Both the position numbers and the translations under genes were made by a program. This document shows, piece after piece, positions 9,108-17,600 of a stretch of 64,000 nt of DNA. This DNA is from an uncultured Bacteroidales bacterium (GTDB lineage Bacteria; Bacteroidota; Bacteroidia; Bacteroidales; VadinHA17). Positions within the stretch are counted from its first letter, which is position 1; every line of letters starts with the position of its first letter. Below the pieces are notes generated by a model, which was given only the letters and a program-made list of their open reading frames with translations, did no database searches and was not told where the DNA came from. The stretch spans positions 62,183-126,182 of the forward strand of contig CAVTPX010000008.1 of assembly GCA_963736735.1 (NCBI GenBank), written 5' to 3'.

Positions 9108-12100
9108 ATATTACAGCCATTCGCTTCCTGCCGTCCATCCGGATAAGCAAAGGCTTTTCAAACCTTATGTGCCTGAAGAAACTACCCTTCTCAATCAGTT
9201 TCTGCTTTTTGAGTTTATCCCACGCAATGGATTCTTCTTCAGACTCCTGATCGATTGAAAAGTAACCGATATTCATCGATGTTACATTATGGAAAAAGTG
9301 TGATCCGAGTGATGCGTCTACGTGGAACTTTGGGAAGCTGTATTCGACAATGACCTTGGCATTCGATATCTGAGGCCACTTTACCGGGATGCCCAGGAAC
9401 CTGTCCCTTGTACCCCATCTGCCCGGACCCAGAAGCACATATTTCCGGTTCTCGTGGAGCATTTTGCGGTTGATCATGTCTATCTCCTCAGCCATCTCCT
9501 GTGTCTTCATGTTGCTGCACAGTTCCGGATCAGCATACACAATGTCAGTAATGTCACTTATAACGCCGTTTCCCATGCTTCTGAGGGTTACCATCAGAGT
9601 ATCTTTGGTATTGACAGTATCAGGTTCGATTGTATAACCTGCAATGCTTCCAACCAGCGGTTTTATCTGGAGGAGGTAAAAGGTGGCGTTTCCATCGGCA
9701 TCCTTTGTCAGATCAACGGCATATTCAATTTCGACGGGAGCACCGAATGCTTCCATCACAACATTGAGAACAGCCTTGATTGTCTTTGCCAGTGGTATGT
9801 AGTCATACTTCAGGATATTGGCGAAGTTGACTATCCTCGGACCGGGAAGATCAAGACCCGGAATAACAGTATCATTTTCCGAACTGAGCACCGACGCGCA
9901 GTGCTTAAGGTTACCGTCGTGCTCGGCCTGGCTTATGTCAAGGGTCACAAGCCCGGCACTTTCACCTTCAAGAAGGTCTATCTTTTTCTTCGCCATATCC
10001 ACGGCGTAGAAAGTTCTCTGGGTGCTTCTGGCACAGCTCTTTTACAGGTATTATGTCAAGTGCGGGGTGGGCAGGTGAGAACCTGAAGGCCCTTTCTCCC
10101 TCCAGTACATACTGTCCGAGCCCTACTGCCATGACTGCAAATCCGTCGCCGGTGGTCATATTGGCAACGGGGTAAAAGTTGAACGACTGTGCGGTGCCGC
10201 TGATATGGGGATAAAAGGCGTCGCCGTACCTGTGTCCCACAACCGACTGAATGACTATAGCCATCTTTTCCTGCTCCACTTTGTATCCGATGGCTTCGAA
10301 ATAGGTCCTTGCGTTGACTGAATATATGGAGGCAAAGACCAGCTTGATGGCATCCCTGAGGTGTTTAAGCCTGACATCAGGATCAGGATCATTGTTGGGA
10401 AGGAGGTATGTTCCGAAGACCCCCGAAAAAGGCTGGCTGGTGGAGTCTTCGAAGAGACTCGACGAACGTACTGCAAGCGGGCCTTTGAGAAGTGTCAGCA
10501 GGGTCTTCAGTTTTTTCAGCAACGGAAGACTCAGTGTTCCCTCCAGAAAGCATCTCTGCAGTGTCTTATAGTCTTTCTCCTCTTTAACCTTGTCCCACAA
10601 ATGGTTACGATCCATGAACATATCAAACTCATCGGTGCCAATGATTGCAGTTACCGGGGACTTTATATTCATCTCAGGTAAAAGACGTTTCAGGTCGAAA
10701 CTGTAAATGAGTGTATTTACAAATGCCAGGCCACGGCCCTTACCACCCAGGGAGCCGCTTGACAGGCTCACCACATTTGTCTCGTCAATCACAAGGGTCT
10801 CGTCAAAGTTTATCACTTTGCCTTTGTTTCTCTCGCGCCTTCTCTTACGGATAATATCGATCAGATACTCTCTCAGTTCAGTGAGTGTATCAAAGTCGGA
10901 GATCTTAATGGGGTTTATTATCTTGGCTACCTTCACTTCACCGCGTGCCATAAGCCAGAGTGAGAAGTGGTTCTTCATTGCATGATAAACAAGCGAGTCT
11001 TCCGGTACAGTCCGGAGGTACGACTCGAACTCCTTCATCGACTTCGCCACGGCTATCTGTCGTCCCCTGGTATCCCTGTAGACAAAGTGACCGAAGCCAA
11101 GATAGTAGTTGATGAATGATTTAAGGTCCTGCAGCAGGCTCTCCGAGTTCTTGTTTATGAAGTTGGCCTTCAGTATTTGGGCATATTTAAGGTTCTCCGT
11201 GTCAGACGACTGCAGGACGGTGGGCAGGTTGGGAAGTTCCTGCCTGATTTGCTTTATCAGGTCAAACCCGGCCATATCATTCAGTACGCCGTTCCGGGGA
11301 AACCGCATATCTGAAATTACTCCCAGGAGGCTGTCCTTGTACCTTGTATAATTTGCCATTGCATCCTCATAGTTTGATGCCAGGAGGATCTTGGGCCTTG
11401 CCCTGAGTTTAAGAACCTTGTATAACTCGTCAGAGGATACGTCTTCAATCAGGTTCTTTGTCTGCTCCATTACAAGGGTATAGAGCATGGGCAGGTAGCT
11501 GGAGTAGTATTCGACGGAGTCCTCGATTATCAGGATGACCCTTGTAAGACCAATTTTTGTGTCATTTTCGACATTCACCTTGTCTTCAAGCAGTTTTACC
11601 ATTGCGAAGAAGACTTTGGACTCACCGGTCCACATGAAGTAATTGTCGAATGGCACTCCGAGGCTTTTCTGATTAAGCACAAACGGGATGATTCCCGGGT
11701 TACTTATAAGAAGGTATGCCGGGATATAGGGATATTTGTCCTTCAGCTTCCTGCACAGGTTCATCGGGCTCTCCTTATCGACACCGACCATAATAATTAT
11801 CATGTCATAGTGTCTGACCTCAAGCCGGCTCATGACCTCTTCCTCTCCATAGACACCGGTGACCCGTGGAATAGAGGTGAGACTCAGCTGGTAGTATACA
11901 CCCAGTATATAGTCAGAAAAGCGGCCCTCGCCTTCAATTGAATATGCATCATAGAGGTTTGCTACAAGGAGTATCTCCCTGACCATAAAGGGCATCAGGT
12001 CATGAAAGACATCCCTCTCGGCATTGTGCCTGTCAAGGAATTTCTGAAGCATTCTCCTGCTTGAGGCTACCTGATCCTCTTCTTCCTCATTATGGGTTAT

Positions 12101-12541
12101 CTTTTCAGCCAGGGTGAGCGACCTTGCAAGGTAGCCGTTAATGTACCTTGTCACGAGGTGGGTAATATTACGGATCAGGTCCCGCTCCTCCTTCAGGAAC
12201 GGTCCTTCACTTTCGGCAGGGAAATCACATGTATAGAAGATTTCTATCGCACCCTTTGAATTATCCATCGCGGTAAAGTCCTGCACCAGTCTCCATTCGG
12301 ATACCTGAAACCCTGCGGTTTCAAAGGAGTTGCTGCGAAAGGTGATTCGTACTGCAGTGAAGGCCGGAAACTGGAAGGCGTCAGGAAGAAGGAGCGTTAT
12401 CTGCTGAAGAGTGGTGTCAATGGGTTTGCCCTCCCTGAGTATCAGGGTAGTGGCGCTGATGCATGCCAGCTCTTTCAGTCTCTCATTCTGCTGGACCTGT
12501 GAGGGGTCAAGTTCCGGATTTTTTTGGGTCAGTTCATCCAT
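9094..12541 (-). pseudogene. Large REC-domain / PEP-pyruvate-binding (PPDK_N-type ATP-grasp) protein, split by a frameshift near 10020-10042
   Basis: The N-terminus is a sensor-like domain. It is followed by a receiver-like segment and a clearer REC (RVILIIEDSVEYYS...GVISDMRFPRNG...TVLQSS). Next comes GSLGGKGRGLAFVN...VRSSSLFEDS..., typical of PPDK/PpsA N-terminal nucleotide-binding domains. ORF 9968..12580 ends ...KELCQKHPENF...*, and the next frame continues STQRTFYAVDMAKKK... into ORF 9094..10002 (LLQIKPL, GPGRWGTRD). The ATG at 12541 is preferred over the TTG at 12580, which lies in the korB terminator T-tract. Confidence 0.75.
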
Positions 12542-12568
12542 TGGCTGAAAGTCGGTCTGATCAGGGGA

Positions 12569-12576
12569 CAAAAATA
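12569..12576 (-). promoter_or_regulatory. Candidate -7 box (TATTTTTG) for the REC/PPDK_N gene, fused to the korB terminator T-tract
   Basis: Plus-strand caaaaata is an exact TAnnTTTG on the minus strand, 28 nt upstream of ATG 12541. Confidence 0.35.
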
Positions 12577-12602
12577 ACAAAAACCCCCGTTGGCAGCGGG
12601 GG
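12574..12602 (-). terminator. Rho-independent terminator after korB
   Basis: Minus strand reads cccccg-ctgccaa-cggggg followed by tttttgttattttt. The 6-bp GC stem spans 12584-12602, 58 nt downstream of the korB stop. Confidence 0.7.
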
Positions 12603-12659
12603 TCATGTTATTAAAATATCTATTCATACCGGCAGGCTGTTGCCTTGCTTTACAGAAAT

Positions 12660-13679
12660 CTATACTTCCCAGGTAGAGCCCTCACGGAGCAGGTCGTCAA
12701 CACATTTGATTTTCGACTTGGCCTGTATTGCTACATGCTGTGCGATCATTGCACCGTCATAGGTCTGGGTTTCCACGGCACGGATAATTCCGAGTGCAAC
12801 AGGGTATTCGGGATATGACATTCCGGCAAGCATGTAATGGATCCCGGGGTTTGGCTCGTGGGCGTCGTGCACCAGAAGGTCCTTTTCGGTGATCCCGTTC
12901 TCTCCAAGCTTTACGACCTTCAGCTTCAATCCTTCGAGCATGATCCCCTTGTCCTTCTCCTTACCGAATATCATTGGCTTGCCGTGTTGCAGCAATATTG
13001 TCCTGTCATCCCTGGTCTCCTTGTCGGTAATCTCGTCGTGCACTCCGTCATTGAAGATGACACAGTTCTGCAAAACTTCAACAACCGATGTGCCATGGAA
13101 CATGGCAGCCGCCTTATAAACCTCGGTTGAGACCTGAACACTATAGTCAACTGTGCGGGCAAAGAAGCGTCCGTTGGCACCAAGGACCAGTTCACCTATC
13201 TTGAAAGGCTCTTCAATTGTGCCGTATGGTGATGTTTTGGTGACAAGGCCCTTGCGGGAGGTTGGTGAATACTGCCCTTTTGTAAGGCCATAGATCTCGT
13301 TGTTGAACAGGATCAGGTTAATGTCTATGTTTCTTCTTACGGCGTGAATGAAGTGGTTTCCTCCGATTGCAAGAGCATCGCCGTCACCGGTCATTTCCCA
13401 TACCATCAGGTCAGGATTTGCTATCTTGACTCCGGTGGCAATTGCAGCAGCCCGTCCGTGGATGCTGTGGAATCCGTATGTATTCATATAATACGGCAGT
13501 CTTGACGAGCAACCTATTCCCGAGACGAAAACATTATTCTCTTTCGGAATATTAAGCTCCGCCATTGCTTTCTGTATAGATGCAAGGATGCCGTGATCAC
13601 CGCAACCAGGGCACCATCTGACTTCCTGGTCGCTTTTAAAATCCTTAGCGGTATACTGTACTGTATTTGTCTCAGTCAT
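12660..13679 (-). CDS. korB: 2-oxoacid:ferredoxin oxidoreductase, beta (TPP-binding) subunit
   Basis: 339 aa. WCPGCGDHGIL, GIGCSSR, GDGDALAIGGNHFIHA are the TPP/Fe-S motifs of KorB/OorB-type subunits. Confidence 0.9.
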   Translation of the reverse strand: MTETNTVQYTAKDFKSDQEVRWCPGCGDHGILASIQKAMAELNIPKENNVFVSGIGCSSRLPYYMNTYGFHSIHGRAAAIATGVKIANPDLMVWEMTGDGDALAIGGNHFIHAVRRNIDINLILFNNEIYGLTKGQYSPTSRKGLVTKTSPYGTIEEPFKIGELVLGANGRFFARTVDYSVQVSTEVYKAAAMFHGTSVVEVLQNCVIFNDGVHDEITDKETRDDRTILLQHGKPMIFGKEKDKGIMLEGLKLKVVKLGENGITEKDLLVHDAHEPNPGIHYMLAGMSYPEYPVALGIIRAVETQTYDGAMIAQHVAIQAKSKIKCVDDLLREGSTWEV

Positions 13680-13680
13680 C

Positions 13681-15528
13681 TTATTTACCCTCCAATAATT
13701 TAATGCAATAATCCTTGATCTCCTGCACCGTGAACGGCAGGCCCTGAATCTTGTTACACTGATGATATGTGAATCCGGGATGCTTCATCCGGAGATAATT
13801 TGCAAACTGTCCGTAGTTCAGTTCGCAGACCACAAGCTTCTTATAGTTTGCAAATATTTTTGCGGTGTTCTTCGGCAGCGGCCTTATATAGTTAAATTGT
13901 GCCGCGCTTACGTTGTAACCTTCTTTCAGCAGTTCATCAAGGGCTGTGATGATATGGCCATAGGTGCTGCCCCATCCAATCATGAGAAGGTCTCCCTTCT
14001 TTTCGCCTGAGACTTTCAGATCAGGAACCCCGGACACTATTCTTTCTACCTTCTCGTCCCTTATCTTCACCATATACTCATGGTTTTCAGGAGTATAGGA
14101 GACATTGCCCTTCGCTGTCTTTTCAAGGCCGCCAATGCGGTGCTCCAATCCTGGTGTACCGGGTATTGCCCATTTACGGGCGAGAGTATCCTTATCCCTT
14201 GCATAGGCCTGGAATTCCTTGTCGTCCTTAACAGCAAACGGAGGATGAATGGCCGGCAGGTCTTTCATTTCCGGTATCTTCCATGGTTCCGAGCCGTTGG
14301 CGAGGAAGCTGTCAGTAAGAAGTATGACAGGAGTCATATGTTCAAGGGCTATACGACCTGCCTCGAATGCATAGTGGAAGCAGTCTGACGGGGTGCTCGC
14401 GGCAATCACCGCCACCGGACTCTCGCCGTTGCGGCCATACAGTGCCTGCATCAAATCACTCTGCTCGGTCTTTGTGGGAAGTCCTGTTGATGGTCCGCCG
14501 CGCTGCACGTTTACAATTACTATGGGCAGTTCCGTCATCACGGCAAGGCCTATCGCTTCTGACTTAAGCGCCAGACCGGGGCCTGAGGTCGAAGTCACTG
14601 CAAGCCGTCCGGCAAAGCTGGCCCCTATTGCTGTGCATATACCTGCTATCTCATCCTCCGCCTGAATGCTTTTAGCTCCCAGATCCTTACGCATGGCAAG
14701 CTCTTCAAGTACACCTGTTGCAGGTGTTATGGGATATGATCCGATAAAGAGCTTCAGTCCTGCCTTTTCTGCTGCGGCCAGTAATCCCCAGGCTGTTGCA
14801 GTGTTACCGTTGATATTCCTGTATGTGCCTTTGGCTATGGGCGCGGGGTTTACCTTGAATGAGGGTGTAAGTGCCTCAATTGTCTCAGCGTAATAATAAC
14901 CCGCCCGTAAAACTATCTTGTTCGCCTCTGCTACAAGCGGTTTTTTGCCGCCAAACTTTTCGTCTACATAATCCTCTGTGTACTTAAGTTCACTGTCAAA
15001 GAGCCAGTAGAGCATCCCGAGGGCAAACATGTTCTTGGTTTTTAGAACAGTCTTGGGATCGAGATCAAGGTCCTTCAGAGCCTCCTTCACAAGTGAGGTT
15101 ATGGGTGCGGCAATAAGGTTGCGGTCTTCAAGTTTGTCCTCCTTGAAAGGATCCGACTGGTATCCTGCCCGGAGAATATGTTTCTCAGTGAAATTATCCG
15201 AGTCGAAAATAATTGTGGCGTGCGGTTGTACCCATCTTGCATTTGCCCTGACAGCTGCCGGATTCATTGCAATCAGCACATCTGCATAGTCACCCGGTGT
15301 ATTGATATGTTTCCTTCCGATGTGTACCTGAAATCCTGATACACCTCCGACGGTCCCCTGGGGGGCCCTGATCTCTGCAGGATAGTCCGGGAAGGTGGAG
15401 AGGTCGTTTCCGAAGAGCGCCGAGGTGTTTGAAAATAGTGTGCCTGTAAGTTGCATCCCGTCACCGGAGTCGCCCGAGAACCTGATCACAACGGCATCTT
15501 TTTCTATGACCTTTGATCTTTTTGCCAT
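13681..15528 (-). CDS. korA: 2-oxoacid:ferredoxin oxidoreductase, alpha subunit (fused gamma-alpha type)
   Basis: 615 aa. VIRFSGDSGDGMQLTG (gamma-like N-terminus), GSYPITPAT, STSGPGLALK. Its stop is 1 nt from the korB start. Confidence 0.9.
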   Translation of the reverse strand: MAKRSKVIEKDAVVIRFSGDSGDGMQLTGTLFSNTSALFGNDLSTFPDYPAEIRAPQGTVGGVSGFQVHIGRKHINTPGDYADVLIAMNPAAVRANARWVQPHATIIFDSDNFTEKHILRAGYQSDPFKEDKLEDRNLIAAPITSLVKEALKDLDLDPKTVLKTKNMFALGMLYWLFDSELKYTEDYVDEKFGGKKPLVAEANKIVLRAGYYYAETIEALTPSFKVNPAPIAKGTYRNINGNTATAWGLLAAAEKAGLKLFIGSYPITPATGVLEELAMRKDLGAKSIQAEDEIAGICTAIGASFAGRLAVTSTSGPGLALKSEAIGLAVMTELPIVIVNVQRGGPSTGLPTKTEQSDLMQALYGRNGESPVAVIAASTPSDCFHYAFEAGRIALEHMTPVILLTDSFLANGSEPWKIPEMKDLPAIHPPFAVKDDKEFQAYARDKDTLARKWAIPGTPGLEHRIGGLEKTAKGNVSYTPENHEYMVKIRDEKVERIVSGVPDLKVSGEKKGDLLMIGWGSTYGHIITALDELLKEGYNVSAAQFNYIRPLPKNTAKIFANYKKLVVCELNYGQFANYLRMKHPGFTYHQCNKIQGLPFTVQEIKDYCIKLLEGK

Positions 15529-15629
15529 GGTTTGTAATAAGATTTTGATATTGATTTAAACGAGTATAAAAGTAACCAAATTAACACCCCGAAGTTCATC
15601 AATATGATTACAACAGGTTATGATTTTGG

Positions 15630-16439
15630 TCATGTCCAGATGTCTGCCTTTTCGAGGTAAAGATTACCCTCGAAAAACATCCTGGCAATCTTTTCGAAGT
15701 ACTCTGTGTAGTCTGATACAAAAAAGAGGTCGTGTCCGGCTGCCGGTCCGTCATTTATAAGACTGTGTTTTTCGAGTACCTCACGGAGCCTGGCCGCCAC
15801 AATACGGGCGGAGTCGATAATCTCCAGGTTGAAGTTGAAGAATTTGCTGATCTGGTTCCTGATGATCGGATAATGGGTGCATCCGAGGATCAGCGCCTCA
15901 ATATTTTTCAGATTGCTGTCAGAGAGATATGTGCGGATGATTGCATTGCTTATATCATCAAAAATAAAACCCTCTTCAATCATGGGTACCAGCAGCGGGG
16001 TAGCCAGGGAGCAAACCTCTGTAGAGGGTGAGGTGTCACGGATCATCCTGTCATATGTCCCTGAGATAATAGTCCTTTTTGTTCCGATGACCCCTACTCT
16101 CTTGAAATTTCTGGATGCTGCATATTCAACCACGGGGTTTATTACGTCGAGAATTATGATCCTGTCACTGAACTCCTTAAGAATGGTCTCATAGGCTGAA
16201 GCTGAGGCTGAGTTACAGGCTATAAGTACCATTTTAACATCATAGCCGAGCAGAAAATTTGTTATACCCCGTGAATAGGATTTAATGGCTTCTTCAGATT
16301 TGTCGCCGTATGGAAGGTGGGCGGTATCGCCGAAATAGATGATTGTCTCGCCGGGCAGTGTCTGCCTTATGGCATGAGCAACCGTCAGGCCCCCTACACC
16401 TGAGTCGAAGATGCCTATCGGCCGTTTCACGCTTTCCAT
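15630..16439 (-). CDS. murI: Glutamate racemase
   Basis: 269 aa. IGIFDSGVGGLTV, IACNSASA, LGCTHYP are the two catalytic-Cys motifs. Confidence 0.95.
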   Translation of the reverse strand: MESVKRPIGIFDSGVGGLTVAHAIRQTLPGETIIYFGDTAHLPYGDKSEEAIKSYSRGITNFLLGYDVKMVLIACNSASASAYETILKEFSDRIIILDVINPVVEYAASRNFKRVGVIGTKRTIISGTYDRMIRDTSPSTEVCSLATPLLVPMIEEGFIFDDISNAIIRTYLSDSNLKNIEALILGCTHYPIIRNQISKFFNFNLEIIDSARIVAARLREVLEKHSLINDGPAAGHDLFFVSDYTEYFEKIARMFFEGNLYLEKADIWT

Positions 16440-16445
16440 CTGCTT

Positions 16446-16483
16446 TTTAAAATAAAGGCTGCCCGCCGGTTGGAGGGCAGCCC
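16446..16483 (-). terminator. Hairpin plus T-tract after the second skp gene, ending 7 nt before the murI ATG
   Basis: Minus strand reads ggctgccc-tccaaccggc-gggcagcc followed by tttattttaaaaagcag-ATG(murI). 8-bp stem. Confidence 0.55.
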
Positions 16484-16502
16484 TGTAACCTGTATATATG
16501 AA

Positions 16503-17015
16503 TTACTTCAAACCGAGCTTGGTCTTAACCAGCGGGGTAAGATCAGTACTTTTCACCGGGTCAAAATAGACGAGGGTGCGAACATCATATACATATATGA
16601 AACCACCGTCCTTTGCTACCTGAGAAATTGCAGCACCGGCCTTCTCAATTATGGGATTAAGAAGTTCGGCCTGTTTTTCCTGAAGCTGAACCTGTGCCTG
16701 CTGCTGGAAGTTGTTGATTCTGTTCTGCATGTCACCAAGTTCCTGCTCTTTGTTTGCCTTTACGAGTTCGGTGTAATTCTTGCTCTCCTTTACAAACTGG
16801 TCAAGTTTGTTATTATACTCGACCTGCATCAGCTCCAAAGCATTGGTTAGCTCCTGTCCGAAGGCGTTATACTGTTTCATTGCTGTGTCATAGTCAGGCA
16901 TAGCCATTATGACGTCATCGCGGTTGATGTGCCCTGTCTTGAATGACTGTGCAGCCGCTTCCTGTGCTGATAACATCATGGCAGCGAACAGGAGTATTCC
17001 GAATACTTTTTTCAT
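16503..17015 (-). CDS. OmpH/Skp-family periplasmic chaperone
   Basis: 170 aa. Signal peptide MKKVFGILLFAAMMLSAQEAAAQ. Helical, Q/E/K-rich middle and a position downstream of bamA, as in other Bacteroidota. Confidence 0.85.
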   Translation of the reverse strand: MKKVFGILLFAAMMLSAQEAAAQSFKTGHINRDDVIMAMPDYDTAMKQYNAFGQELTNALELMQVEYNNKLDQFVKESKNYTELVKANKEQELGDMQNRINNFQQQAQVQLQEKQAELLNPIIEKAGAAISQVAKDGGFIYVYDVRTLVYFDPVKSTDLTPLVKTKLGLK

Positions 17016-17054
17016 GTCTTTTCTGTGAATTTTAAATCGTGCAAATGTAATTAT

Positions 17055-17570
17055 TTATTTTTTGTAACCTAATTTCTCAAGGACCTGATCGGAGAGATCG
17101 AATTTCGGATTTGCAAAGAGGATGTTCGAACCTGTTGAGGTGTCAAATATCACAGCGTAGCTTCCTTCGACCGATATCTCTTTAATGGCTTTCAGTATCT
17201 CATCCTGGATAGGCTTAACGAGCTCTTCACGTTTCTTGTAGAGTTCTCCCTCCATTCCAAAATACTTATTCTGAAGGTCTTTTATCTCCTTCTCTTTTGC
17301 TATGATTGCGTCTTCCCTTTTCTTCTTCTGATCCTGTGAAAGAAGGACCACCTCTGCCTGGTAATTCTTATACAGTGACTCCACAGCTGCATAGCCGTCG
17401 GCAACCTCTTTTTCCCATCCTTCGGAAAGCTTGTCAAGCTGCTGCTGGGCGGCAGTGAAGGCAGGTATATTATTGCGTATATATTCGCTGTCGACAAATG
17501 CGAACTTCTGTGCGGCGCCACTGAGGGTGGCTGCAAGCACCAGGACTGTCAAAACAATAATCTTCTTCAT
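17055..17570 (-). CDS. OmpH/Skp-family periplasmic chaperone
   Basis: 171 aa. Signal peptide, KFAFVDSEYI start of the mature protein, coiled-coil middle. Paralogue of the neighbouring gene. Confidence 0.85.
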   Translation of the reverse strand: MKKIIVLTVLVLAATLSGAAQKFAFVDSEYIRNNIPAFTAAQQQLDKLSEGWEKEVADGYAAVESLYKNYQAEVVLLSQDQKKKREDAIIAKEKEIKDLQNKYFGMEGELYKKREELVKPIQDEILKAIKEISVEGSYAVIFDTSTGSNILFANPKFDLSDQVLEKLGYKK

Positions 17571-17600
17571 AACCTTTTTGTTTATTTGATTTGTTGTTTT

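Noticed and set aside
7047-10086. Long antisense ORFs (7047..7499, 7420..7692, 7677..8132, 8132..8677, 9322..10086) opposite queD, folE, fabD and the PPDK_N gene
   Set aside because: Each lies fully inside a gene on the other strand whose product has unmistakable family motifs. The antisense translations are low-complexity or Arg/Ser/Cys-rich with no recognisable domains. These are typical shadow ORFs.
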